Made by a program: the position numbers and the translations under genes | Shown: one piece after another, positions 36,293-47,925 of the stretch | Numbering within the stretch: the first letter of the stretch is position 1 | Layout: every line of letters starts with the position of its first letter | Source: Anthoceros angustus | Taxonomy: Eukaryota > Plantae > Anthocerotophyta | Direction: 5' to 3' | NCBI GenBank assembly: GCA_010909165.1 | Contig: MU008165.1 | Span: 1,550,001 to 1,614,000, forward strand | Length of the DNA: 64,000 bases | Notes under the pieces: model-generated | Database searches by the model: none | Told to the model about the DNA's origin: nothing | The model's input: only the letters and a program-made list of their open reading frames with translations

Positions 36293-36480
36293 GGACAAGA
36301 GCCTGAGCGTCTCCAAATTCTCCAAAGGCTGATACACGTAGCGAACGTCCTCAGTCTCCACAAACATATGCTGCTTCCCACTCCCAACGAGCTTCGGAAC
36401 GCAGCAAGCAGCCCTTCGATCCGTATCCTTGGCATGTCGACAAACTGCCGGGAAACAAGAGCTTTCCCGGTCTTGCAGAC
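36293..36480 (-). pseudogene. delta-COP N-terminal fragment (5' part of the split pseudogene)
   Basis: [25 protein letters not shown](F)..[34 protein letters not shown], with a frameshift and a deletion at TTGGAG microhomology. Confidence 0.88.
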
Positions 36481-36558
36481 ATCGAGGTAGCCTTGAGTAG
36501 AGATCGATGTAAGAACCAGGACAAAAAAGACTTCAGTCCAAAAGCAAGATGCTGGCTT

Positions 36559-36787
36559 ACCCCAAGTCCAACCATGAAGCCAGGTAGATTCCCTCAGCAG
36601 CTATAAATGCCTCATCCCTCATACCTTCATAGATCATGGCAGCAGCCAGGGAATACGTTACACCGGTCCACACCTCTCGAGACTGCATTGCAGTCTCATC
36701 AACTTGCATTCCATTGACATGTGCCCATCTTGCAGATCCTTGCACCTTGAGCACATCAAAATCAAAGACCTTTTCTCAGCGCACTTC
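36559..36787 (-). pseudogene. Non-lysosomal glucosylceramidase (GBA2/GH116) single-exon fragment
   Basis: [11 protein letters not shown]...[45 protein letters not shown], ending at a retained GTAAG donor. Confidence 0.85.
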
Positions 36788-36840
36788 GTGCCTTGTAGTC
36801 CTCAAAGAGGGGTTCGTGCCTTGTAGTTCTCAAAGAGGGG
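36785..36840. repeat. 28-bp tandem duplication at the edge of the GBA2 fragment
   Basis: ttcgtgccttgtagtcctcaaagagggg followed by ttcgtgccttgtagttctcaaagagggg. Confidence 0.9.
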
Positions 36841-36969
36841 TGGTAACCCATATGACCAAGCATACCCAAAATGCCCAAGACTTGAAATATGTCAGCCTAC
36901 AAGACATAATCTGCAGGTCTACAATGATGTCATCGGTCACAACAGCTTAAAACCTATCCACATCAAAAT

Positions 36970-37440
36970 TTATACTTGTTTATAACCCGCCTATTCCTGC
37001 AATCCAATTTGGCACGAGGTGATGTGCCCTAAGAATGCTGGCTGTCTCCACTACTAAATAGCCAAGTGTGCCCACGAGTACCATAAGCCCATGCTAATTC
37101 CTTACGCTTTGACAATCTACTTAATGATGAAGCTGGTAACTCCTTGGAGAGTTTTACAAAAGCTAAATCAAGTTGAGAGGCTGATCTATCTTCATCTTCC
37201 ACATCCAGTTGCACTAATAGACATAGCTGCCCATACCAGGTTTGCTGAGGTTGAGCTTCTCCGTCCATTTGGATATTGACATCAAATACCAATGACATAT
37301 CTTTTCATTATCCTCAGAGGACATATAATATGCAGCAGTAGACCCAACTACCAATTGCACGAGTTAGTGGATTCTGATTCCCATAAGTATTATGCTGCCT
37401 AGATCGAAGCCCGTGCAGAAGGCATGGGCTTTCAAAGGTT
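36970..37440 (-). mobile_element. Decayed DNA-transposon transposase C-terminus (Plavaka/CMC-like)
   Basis: WYGQLCLLV...LAFVK...LAWAY then, frameshifted, YLVVETASILRAHHLVPNW...INKYKF. This resembles the C-terminal pattern of Plavaka-type transposases; no termini identified. Confidence 0.5.
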
Positions 37441-38394
37441 TTTTCAAAATAGCAAGTGTCATGCTGTGTGACATTAACATGAGCACTAGGGTTTAGTGTT
37501 TGATTAGTGTTAATTAATCTAATTATTCATCTTTGCACAACATTGTTCAGTATTAATTAATCTAAATTGCTTATGTTAATTGAGAATTGATTACCTAGTG
37601 TTAATTAAAGATGCTTAGCAATGGCTAAGTGGATAAGCACAATTAATATGCTTTAGGATATTCTTTGAATATTATAGTTTTTTCTTCAGATTTTTCCGGC
37701 ACATGCTGATGCCAAGAGGATATCTTAGGAATATGCCGATGCACCTTTTTACATAGGACAAGCTCAGACCATAGCTTATCCTGCAAACATGCAATACAAG
37801 GGTGTTGTGAGAAGGCCAAAGCTATGACTCCGAGACCGATGTGTGAGGAATTTGCGTATTGTTCTCCTGGGGAGAGTGTGTTTGTGCCACGACGTGTGAA
37901 CTACTCCTTCCCATTGTTATTGATTTGCACCTGTATTTGCATATTAGATTTGTTTTGCTTGGTTGTCTTTGAGGAAGTGCTCATATGAATGCAAGTGCTT
38001 ACCCGTGCAATACAAGCAAGAATTAGCATCATAGCTTCCGAGTCACGATAAGCACGTCATGTATGCCACTTCTGTCGTTCGCATCGAGTTTCAATTTATC
38101 GCAAAAAGTCTCAATTTATGGCAGAAAATTATAAAGGCTCGATTTATCGCAAGGAAACTGTGCCGTTCGCACAAACCAAAGGGTCGGCCAAGATCGAATG
38201 ATCGAATTCAGGGATTCACGGGGCCTCAAGACTACGATCCACACAAATAATATTTTGCAAAACGAATTGAGAATTGAGTGTGCATTCGGAAGCGCGCTTT
38301 GGCGTGTAGGTGTCTTTGGCGAGGAATGTACGACTTTCCCTACATGAGGAATTGCAAAAGAAAAACTTCCCCTACATGACCAAGCCAAATATCA

Positions 38395-38403
38395 AAACCC
38401 TAA
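38395..38403 (+). promoter_or_regulatory. Telo-box (AAACCCTAA) upstream of the ribosomal protein gene
   Basis: Exact AAACCCTAA about 120 bp upstream of the RPP2 ATG; typical of plant translation-machinery promoters. Confidence 0.7.
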
Positions 38404-38518
38404 ACCTAACGTTCTCGAAAAGAAAGCCCTACACCCCGCATTGAAGGTTCTTTTCTGTTTACGATTTTACGATCCCAAGCCCGCGTTTTTGCTTCCTGGT
38501 GTGCAGTCCGATTGCATC

Positions 38519-39247
38519 ATGAAGGTGGTGGCGGCGTATCTGCTGGCGCTCTTGGGGGGCAACCCTTCACCGACGGAGAAAGACATCGGCACCATTCTGA
38601 GCTCAGGTGCGATTCTTAAGTTCGATGGTGAAGCCGGATTGGTGTTATGGGCACAGTAGCCACCTATAACGTGGAGCCTTGCCAGGCATCGTTTGGGGCA
38701 TATTGTCGTCGTTGGTTTGTGACAGTCGGAAGGCGGAGGGTAGCTCTGGAGGCTCGCTCATGTGTGCTGCAATTGATTGAATTTCAGCGTGTGAATGCAC
38801 GTAATTGGAACAGCACCAGTGCTCTGGTTTTTCGGACTGAGCGTTCGTTTCGTCTTGCAGTCGGTGCGGAGGCTGAAGATGACAGGATAGCTCTCTTCTT
38901 TAAGTCCTTTCAAGGGAGGGACGTCTCTGAAGTCCTGGCTTTAGGGCAGGGAAGGTTTGCATCCCTTGGTGGCGGTGGAGGCGGTGTCGTTGTCTCGGCT
39001 GGTGGGGGTGGCGGAGGCGGGGCTGCTTCAGCAGCAGCTGCCGAGGCACCCAAGGAGGAGGAAAAGAAGGAAGAGCCAAAGGAAGAGTCAGATGATGTAA
39101 GCTACTGTCTCGCTGCATGTGTGTTTCGGAGGTTACATGCCAACAAGACTGATGACACAATTTTGGCAAAGTTGTAAAAGTGCTGCAATGCTAACTTCCT
39201 TTTTTTCCCTCGTGATGCAGGACATGGGCTTCAGCTTGTTCGATTAA
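38519..39247 (+). CDS. RPP2: 60S acidic ribosomal protein P2
   Basis: MKVVAAYLLALLGGNPSPT...VGAEAEDDRI...Ala/Gly hinge...EEKKEEPKEESDD-DMGFSLFD*. Exons 38519-38606, 38861-39096, 39221-39247. Confidence 0.97.
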
Positions 39248-39426
39248 GATTCAGGCCTGGCGGTGGCTTAGGAGTAGTAATTTCTATCACATGTGTGTAC
39301 CTGAAAGAACAATTCTAAACGCCTGTTGGGGCGTGCTTGCGGCTGGTCTCTTGGACTGGGATGGCGGAGCTTACCCTTGTCCAAGTGACGACATTTTAAA
39401 TGTGACTAGTTAACAGAGATGTTCAG

Positions 39427-39510
39427 TTTCCCTTCCACCAAATTGATCTTGAGATTTCCCTTCCACCAAATTGATCATGAGTTTTCGCTTCCACCAAATT
39501 GATCATGAGT
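39427..39510. repeat. 28-bp tandem repeat x3 between the convergent 3' ends of RPP2 and the NSL1-like gene
   Basis: tttcccttccaccaaattgatc(t/a)tgag repeated three times. Confidence 0.92.
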
Positions 39511-39544
39511 CCAGTAGTTGATACGCAAGTGTGAACGGCTGGAA

Positions 39545-40182
39545 TCAGCTGAATGAAAGTGTCATGTCGGTTGCCTGATTGCAAATATCAGCCTCTTGCA
39601 CCAAGCCCTCGAAAAGGTTGCAGCGTGCTGTGACTAGCTCTCGAGCCTTGGGCACAAACTCTGCATTCAAGCTGTGCGCCGCCAAGCTTCGTGCCACAAT
39701 GCCATCCAGTTTAGAGATCCATTCATCTTCTTGGTTTTGGAGATGTAGCGTCTCTGCACCCCTCCCATCGTCAGAAAGTGGGCCCAGAAGCGCACCATGC
39801 AGCTCTAGTCATGGACGCAGCAAACAGAACTGAAGAGCAACAAGAAAGCACCTTCGTTCTCAGCAGTAGCAGGGGCCGGCAATCCGAGCGTCTGAAGCAC
39901 TGGTGGGTAGAGACTCTTGACCAAATGGGATTCCATCCGGGCTTTGGCCAGGGCAGGGCCCTTCTCTCTGATCTCTGCAAGCTGAGCTTCCAGTTTCTTT
40001 ATCTCCAGCTCCAGCACCCTGTTCTCCTCCTCCAACATCTGCAATTGCCCAACATGGCCGGTGCCGGCTGCGCTCCCACCCAGCCCTGGCAGCAAGTGGG
40101 TTGCATCGGAGCGCCTTCTTTTGGGCGTGAAGCTCAGGCGCGAGGAAGAAGGGGTGGTCTCTGCGGGCTCTGCACCCGCCAT
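39545..40182 (-). CDS. Small coiled-coil protein, candidate kinetochore Mis12-complex subunit NSL1-like
   Basis: TPKRRRSDATHLL...QLQMLEEENRVLELEIKKLEAQLAEIREKGPALAK resembles the plant Nsl1-like pattern; second exon inferred, ending TLSFS*. The family call is from recall only. Confidence 0.5.
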
Positions 40183-40401
40183 TACCAAATTCAAGGGCTG
40201 ATTAGCAAAAAATAATCTGTCTGTCACACACGTTGCAGCTTCAGCTACAACCACCCCTGGATTGATCGAGAACGAACAGGCCGAGTTGCAACCACAATTT
40301 CATTTTCCTACGTCGCAGGATGTGGTAGCAGAGCGCAGAACGCACTTTTCAAACAATCGAGGGTTTTGAGCCGAGCCCTGCCCTACTGCTTTCTGGTTGG
40401 G

Positions 40402-43211
40402 ATGCTGGCGAGGCTGGCCGGCGAGAATCGGATGGTACATTCATGAATCTGTGCTGGCAGCAGCGATGATCTTCGAGGCTCTGGTTCCCTCTTTCTCCAT
40501 CTGCTCGGCGTCATCCTATCCTGCGCGGTTTCACAGATGCGGGAGGAAGCAGCAGACGTCAGAAGGATGCAGCGGTCTAGGACCCTGCCTAGGCTGGAAG
40601 AGGAGCATGTTGCATAGGCTGGGGAGAGGAGGTCGGGATGGGGACAGGTCGTCCTGCTCTGAGAGGATTCAGGGTGGCAGCTCCGTTGTTGGGTCGGTTG
40701 GAGGATGCGTGGTTGCAAGCTCCTTGGCTATTGCACCATCCGGTGGCACTAGTGCACTGCGCAGAAGCACAGAAACAAATGTGGGTTTTGACCTAGTACC
40801 TTCCTGTATTGCGGGTTCCGATTTGCCTCCTCCGGTTGTCTGACGATGGTTCCTATGTGACCTGCAGCTGGAGCTGGTGGAACCTGAATTTTACAGGATG
40901 GGATACATCCGGCATGTCCGGGCCTATGGTGTGGAGTTCCGAGAAGGTCCTGATGGCATGGGAGTGTACTCTGCCAAGGATGTTCCCGTCCTGGAAAGGC
41001 CCAGAGTAATGACAGTGCTTGTTGTTCTACAGGCGGAAGGTTGACACATTGCTACATTCTTGTGTACTTTCTCTTGGGTCTCACTCTCGGGTCGGTGCTC
41101 TTGCAGATCATCATGGAAATCCCCCTGGAGCTAATGGTGACCATCAGGAAGGACCTCCCATGGATGTTCTTCCCGGACATCGTCCCTTGGGGTCACCCCA
41201 TGTTTGATATCATCAATGCAACTGACCCCGAGGTAGGCCCTGTCTGACACGAGGCCCGCATGTTGGATGTGCGCTAGGACCGCAAGGTTATTGTTGCAAT
41301 TCAGCTTGGTGACCATTCTTGACCATGTGCTTTCTTTCTTCGTCAGACAGATTGGGATATCCGACTGGCATGCCTTCTTTTGTTGGCACTGGACCAGAAA
41401 GACAACTTCTGGCAGCTTTATGGTGACTATCTTCCTGCGGCAGATGAGAATACCAGCATGATTCTGGCCTCCGAGGTCTGTGGGTCTCCACACTCCAATT
41501 CCCCTCGCAGGAGATGACAGATGTCCCCTTACATTTTTCTAGGGGTTTTGAGGTACTACTCACATTGGTCTTCTTTTAGGAGGAACTGCAAGAACTCCAA
41601 GACGAGGAGTTAGCCGAGCACAGTAGGACGCAGCAAAGACGAGCTGAAGATGCTTGGAAGAGATTTTTTGTGAGTGTCAATGCTTCTTGTCAATCCGTGT
41701 CGTCCAACATTTGGTGTCTGCGTCAGTCTGGACAACATCTCTCTTCACCACTGAGTTCCTTCCATACCGACGACTATTTGTTCCATGATGGTGTAGCCTG
41801 AAGACTCGATTCTGAAGATCAAAAGACTGGCTCCTGAACCTTCACGATTTCTATGGGCTATGGCAACCGTCATGTCCCGCTCGTTCACCATGGCAATGAG
41901 TATGGGAGCACTTACTCAGGACGCGAACATGCTGATTCCTTACGTCGGTATGTTACTCGGTTTCCTCGTGTGCTCTCACCTCCTTTCTACCGCCTGTGCC
42001 AGTGCCAAATTAGCATTCTCATACACTCTTCCCTGAAAGTTGATGTGCAACTGTGCTTCCTTTGGGGTGGCAGACATGATGAATCACTCTTTTGAGCCAA
42101 CCTGCTCGTACCGGTGGCGAAGGAAGGATCGAATGCTAGAGGTGGTTCTCAATGCTGGCCAAACCATCCGTAAGGGTGATGAGGTAGGTGACACATTACC
42201 TGTCCCTTCATACTGACGGCAAAGAGATCATCCTTAGTAACCAGGAAGCGAGTAACCTTCATACCTTTTGCAGATGACTCTAAATTACTTGGAGGACAAG
42301 CCAAACATGGACTACATGCGACTCTATGGTTTCTCGTCCGCAAAGGTGACAGCACCGTCGGTTTGGCCTTTTCTGTACAGAGGGCCATCGCTGCAACGTG
42401 AATTTCAGGCATCCCCTAACACATACTTGTCGTTGTTCACTTCCCAGAATCCTGCCGATGTCCTCGACTTCTCTGGTGACTGGAAGATCCACCGGGACTC
42501 GTTCCTCTCTGCTTTCAACATCTATGGACTGGCCGACGAGTACTACTACAGAGGTAACCAGTCGCTGCTTGGTTGCAAGTGGCTATCCATTACCAGATCC
42601 GACCAATCAGCTGTGGAAAACACTGCAACCTGCAGAACAAGAAGGGCAAGAGCCTGATCCTTTTGTGGACGGAGCGGTAATCGCAGCAGCCCGGATACTT
42701 CCGAGCTGGACGGACGGAGACCTCCCATTCCTGCCGAGCATGGAGAGGCAGGCCGTGAAGGGACTGTTGGAGGAATGTCAAGGGATGCTGAATGCTTTCC
42801 CAACCACTTTGGAGGAAGACATGAGAATCTGTGGTAAGCACTACCACCGCATCACGCATAACCGAAGCGTCGTCTTCTTCTTCCCTCCTTTCTAGGCCCG
42901 TCCTCCTTTCTGGGTTCCGGGGTGAACGGGGATGGTCATCCTGCCGTCAATGTCTGATGCATGCCTCTGGCTTTTTCGCAGAAAGCGAAGCTGGTGGGAA
43001 AAGTGTGAGATGGAAGGCCGCTATCCGGTACGTGCTACAGTTACAGTACCGAGACCCGTACCCCAGCACTCCATCTTGCTGACGTGAACCTATCCTGGAC
43101 CTAATTGTGGGCACTTGTGTGACAAACGGCAGGCACCGGATGGATCGCAAGACCTTCATACTGAAAATAATGCAGGCACTGACGATCTACGTGAACAGAA
43201 TTCTTTATTGA
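40402..43211 (+). CDS. PTAC14: Plastid transcriptionally active chromosome protein 14 (SET domain, PAP7)
   Basis: VRAYGVEFREGPDGMGVY, IMEIPLELMVTIRKDLPWMFFPDIVPWGHPMFDIINATDPE, DWDIRLACLLL, DMMNHSFEP, DPFVDGAVIAAARILPSWTDGDLPFLPSME. TGA at 43209-43211. Confidence 0.95.
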
Positions 43212-44516
43212 TGGACCCTCAAGTCTGCAACCAGGTGGCTGGCTCACACGCTTGTATCGATGTGACGCTCCAGGCTCCACGTCCCAAAAGAACACCGCCA
43301 GCTTGAATTACTGCCTTCCGACGCCTAGTTCACATGAGGCCGTGTTTCCCCCAGCAGGAAGAGCCACGGCATGCAGGGCTGCAGGCTGCATTTGGAGGGC
43401 CCGATACAACACAGCCATCCTTCGTGACAGTTGTTTGTATCCTGACAAGGTGTCATAAGGTGGGCACCGTTCCTTGTTCTGTTCCTCATTGGGGAGAAAG
43501 ATCCGACAGAGTTTACAGTCGCTGGTCCGGTTTTATAGGCACGGTTCCTTGTCCGTGCAGTTCCATTCGCCGGATGATAGACGAGTTGTTTAATGGTTTT
43601 CTGTGCACTGAGGTGGCCCACATAGGCATCGCATCCGGTGTAGTCGAGTGGTCAGGATGCTCTGTTGGTGCATTATCTCCGTTGTTCGAATCCTGGTGTC
43701 GAAAGTGGCCTGCATTATTCGTACGAGTAGCTTTGAGTTTTTCTCTGTCCTTTTGCTTTGCGGCTCTCTTTCTGTCTTTGCTTTGGAATCCCATCCCTTT
43801 CGAAACCAGGGTTCACGAAGAGGGGAAGGGGAGGAAGAGACAGAGACAGAGAGCAAGAGGGTGAATATCGGAAGGGATGAGAAATGTTACCTTTTGAACT
43901 GATAAGAAAACAGGGAAAGGGCCCTGTTTTCTACTCCTCGTCAAACGCCTGAAAGCAGGCGTGAACGATTCCAGATTTTGTCCCGTAGTGAGCACTTTCG
44001 CAGGCCTCAATTCCTCAAATGCCGCATTCAATTTTCAGTTTCCACGACCCTTCCAGCAGCCGGAGCCGGAAAGGAGCTTCGAAGTTGAGCCGGTGCCGGT
44101 GCCGGTGCCGGGGTGGTCACTGCTCCTTGACGAGGTCAATAGTGACTCCAGTCCACAAGATTAAAGGCTGCATCATAACTATGTAGTCCTGGATAAGGCG
44201 CCCGCAAACTTCAGAGACCCATAGCATCAATTATTCGTAAGCGCGTAACGTAAGAGCGCTGGACTCCCCGAGCTTGCCTCCTGCAAGGAGAAGGCGAGCT
44301 TGCCTCCCGGATCGACTCCAGAGTGGGGCCCACAGCAGAGAGTGGGATCAAAGCCCCAGACGAGACGAGATGGGACGGGACGAGACGGGACGAGACGCTC
44401 GCTGGCTGAAACGCGCACTCGGAGGCGGGAGATTCATGTTGCTGCCCATGATTGAGTCGCAGCAGCACGCGGCGAGAGCCAGGGGCTGAATCGGGGCGGA
44501 GGTGGAGGAGGCGAGG

Positions 44517-46582
44517 ATGGCGGACCGGTCGCTGGAGGAGTCGTTGCTGGCCGGCGAGGAGGACTGGGCCGTGGGCGTGCAGGATGGCTCCGTGGATATG
44601 CAAGGAAGGCCTGTGAGCAAGGCGCATACCGGAGGGTGGAAGGCCTGCGGCTTCATCTTCGGTGGGAAAGCCATGGCTGTTTCGCGTCGATCCAGATTCA
44701 AGTGTGCTCGGGAAAGATTGCTCATCGTTGTGTGATGATGCAGGGAACGAGGTGGTGGAGCGCATTGTGTATAATGGAGTGGCCTCCAATCTCGTGTCAT
44801 ACATGACCGGGACGCTGCGGCAGGACATGGTGACTGCGGCCAAGAGCATCAATGAGTGGAGTGGGACCATCTGCATCACGCCATTCATCGGCGCCTTCCT
44901 GGCCGACTCCTGCTGCGGGCTGTACTGGACCATAGCCGTCACCTCCGCCTTCTACCTGGTGGTAAGGAAGGAAGCCATGGCATGCATGGCAAGGTTCGGG
45001 GGAAGGAGGATGGAGAATGCTTGAATGCCGTCTCAGGTGGGACGTTGCCTTGATGGATGCAGGGACTGGTGATGCTCACGCTCTCCGCCTCGCTCCCCGG
45101 ATTGAAGCCGGACTCGTGCCTAGAGCTCAACGGGGGCGGGTGCGCGCAGGCCACGCCATTCCAGCTCCGGTTCTTCTACGCCTCGCTCTACATCCTGTGC
45201 ATCGGGTCCGGGGGGATCAAGCCCTGCGCGTCCGCCTTCGGGGCCAACCAATTCGACGCGCTGTGCCCCGTGGAGAAGGTGAAGAAGAGCTCCTTCTTCA
45301 ACTGGTGGTTTGTCGGAATCAAGCTGGGAGTGCTCTTCTCCGTCACCGTGGTGGTGTACATCCAGGACAATGTCGGCTGGGGTTGGGGTTTCGGCATCCC
45401 CATGGCGGCCATGGCCGTGGCCACGGTCCTGTTCTTCGCAGGCACGCCCTTCTACCGGCATCAGCTCCCCAGCGGCAGCCCGCTCACCAGATACTGCCAG
45501 GTGCTTGTGGCCGCAGTCCGGAACTGGAGGCTGGAGGTTCCTGCTGACCCTAATCTGCTCCACAGGCAGCCGCCGGAGGACGAATCCTTCTACAAGCCGC
45601 TTCCTCACACCAACAGATTCGTGTAAGCCCTATCTCCACCTGCTTTCTCTCGTCATAGCGTGCAATCCAACATCAATCCTAGCGCCGGCATCGTAGGAAT
45701 ATCAGCTCCTGCCCCGATTGCGTGCAATCCTTCCATTCCCGGATGTGCAGATGGTTGGACAAGGCGGCCACAGTCAAACCCGGATCCCAGGACAAGCCGA
45801 CCAGATGGAACCTGTGCACAGTGACGCAAGTGGAGGAGGTGAAGATCTTCGCGGGCATCGTCCCGGTCTGGGTGCACACGCTCTTCTTCAACGTGGTGGT
45901 GTCGCAAGTGCAGACCTTCTTCGTGCTCCAGGGCCGGACTCTGGATGGCCAGCTCACCCCGGGGTTCCAGATCCCGCCGGCATCTCTGCAGATCTTCGTC
46001 ATCGTCCCGGTGCTGATAGGGCTTCCTCTCTACGACAGGCTGCTGGTGCCGTTCCTCCGCCGCTTCACCGGGAACGAGCGGGGCATCACCATGCTGCAGC
46101 GGATCGGGACGGGGATGGTGATCGTGGTGATGGTGAGCGTGGCGGCAGCTCTGACGGAGAGGAGGCGGCTTCGGGTGGCAGCGGAGTACGGGGCGCTGGA
46201 CTTCCCCGAGACCACGCTTCCCATGAGCATCTTCTGGCTCATCCCGCAGTACCTGGCCATGGGAGTGAACGACATCTTCACGGGAGCCGGGCTGATGGAG
46301 TTTTACTACGACCAGGTTCCCGACAACGTGAAGAGCATCGGGTCTGCCATATCCGTGAGCGCCATAGGCATCGGCGCCTACGTGAGCGCCGCTCTCATCG
46401 CCACTGTCACCCTCGTCACAGGCAGGGACGGGAACAGCCCCTGGCTCATCGACAACATCAACAGGTCTCGCCTGGATAACTTCTACTGGCTCCTCGCCGC
46501 CATCAGCACCGCCAACATGCTGCTCTTCATCGTCACCGCCAAAGGCTACATATACAAGAAACCCCAACACCGCGCCCGTTGA
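44517..46582 (+). CDS. NRT1/PTR family (NPF) transporter
   Basis: TGGWKACGFI, ExxER motif (NEVVERIVY), IGAFLADS, GSGGIKPCASAFGANQFD, SFFNWW, MEFYYDQVPD, RLDNFYWLLA. Four exons. Confidence 0.96.
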
Positions 46583-47006
46583 TGTCCGCCCCGCGTACCG
46601 TCACTGTATCATCCACCGTTCTGTACAGAATCGGCCGCCCTAAGAAACCTCTGCGCTCGTAAACCGCCTAAGAAACTGCCCTTGCACTCCAGTATCCTCG
46701 CTGCAATAGGGAATGGAAAAGCGGCTCTGGAGATTTCGTTCGAATGGTATATGAAATCTCCAGAATGTACTGTTTCATGTTTTTTTCATGTAGCCGAGGT
46801 ACACCTGGCACAATTCTGCGGGTCATGACTGATGCGGGTTGCGAAAATGATGTTCGTGCAATTCATAACTCCCTCGTGATGGTGGGTGGGCAGTCGGTGC
46901 AGCACCAGGTGCCTGTGGTGGTAGCCGGCGCTTATGTGTCCATGGAGCTCTTTGCCATTTGCTCCACTCGTTGCTTGAGACATGAGAAGATCGAAAGTTG
47001 GGTGAA

Positions 47007-47809
47007 ATGGGTGAGAACAAAGTCCAGCTTCTCACAGGCTGGTTCAGCACCTTCGGCCAGCGGGTGGAGATAGCTCTGAAGTTCAAGGGAGTTCCCTACG
47101 AGAGAGTGGAGGTGGCTCTAGGAGCTGACAAGCCAAAGCTGCTGATTGAAGCCAACCCCGTCCACAAAAAGATCCCGGTTCTCCTCCACAATGGCAGACC
47201 AGTTCCGGAGTCCATGATCATCCTGGAGTTTGTGGAGGAAGTATGGCCCCAGCCTCCTCTCTTTCCGACAGACCCATACGACCGGGCTACAGCTCGATTC
47301 TGGGGGGACTACATCTACCAGATCGTGAGCACTTGTTGTTTGTTAATTACTACTATTCTGTGGATTCTCGTGGTATGCAGACATCGTGCTCTGCGCGTCC
47401 ACCATGATGAATTTTTGTCTTGCTGCATCTGCAGTCAGTAACATCTGGTCGCAAGCTCTTCTTCGCCAACAGCAAGAAGGAAAGGGAGGAGGCGAAGCAG
47501 GAATTTCTCGACAGGTTCACCGTTTTGGACAACGCGTTCGTCGAAATCTCCCGCGGAAGACCCTTCTTCATGGGCTACAGCTTCGGATATGTAGACCTCA
47601 TGTTTGCCGCTTTAGTGTACTTGCTACCCAGCATTGAGCGAATTGGAGAGTTCAGGTTTCCGAATCACGATGAGCGGCCTCGCTTCCATGAATGGATCCA
47701 GACGCTTCAAGAGCATCCCTGCGTGAAACCCCTGCGTCCCGATGAAGACAGGCTGGTGGATTTTTTCAACAACCTACACCTGGTCGTAGCCAGAAAGAAC
47801 TCCAAATAG
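47007..47809 (+). CDS. Glutathione S-transferase, tau class
   Basis: WFSTFGQRVEIALKFKGVPYE, NPVHKKIPVLLHNGRPVPESMIILEFVEEVW, PTDPYDRATARFW; single intron at ~47325-47433, as is typical of GSTU genes. Confidence 0.93.
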
Positions 47810-47925
47810 GGACAAATTTAAGACCGGGAGCTATGAGGTTGCCAAGGCCGCAAATCCAAGGCCATCAATCATGTGAGACACAGGTATAATCGTTAGAAGA
47901 CAGGATAACAGATGAGACTACTGCT

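Noticed and set aside
39427-39510. Short direct repeats resembling a CRISPR array
   Set aside because: The units are contiguous with no spacers and the context is eukaryotic; this is an ordinary minisatellite.
5582-43211. Two PEP-associated genes (pTAC6 and pTAC14) in the same window as a functional cluster
   Set aside because: They are about 33 kb apart with many unrelated genes between them, which is compatible with chance in a gene-dense genome.
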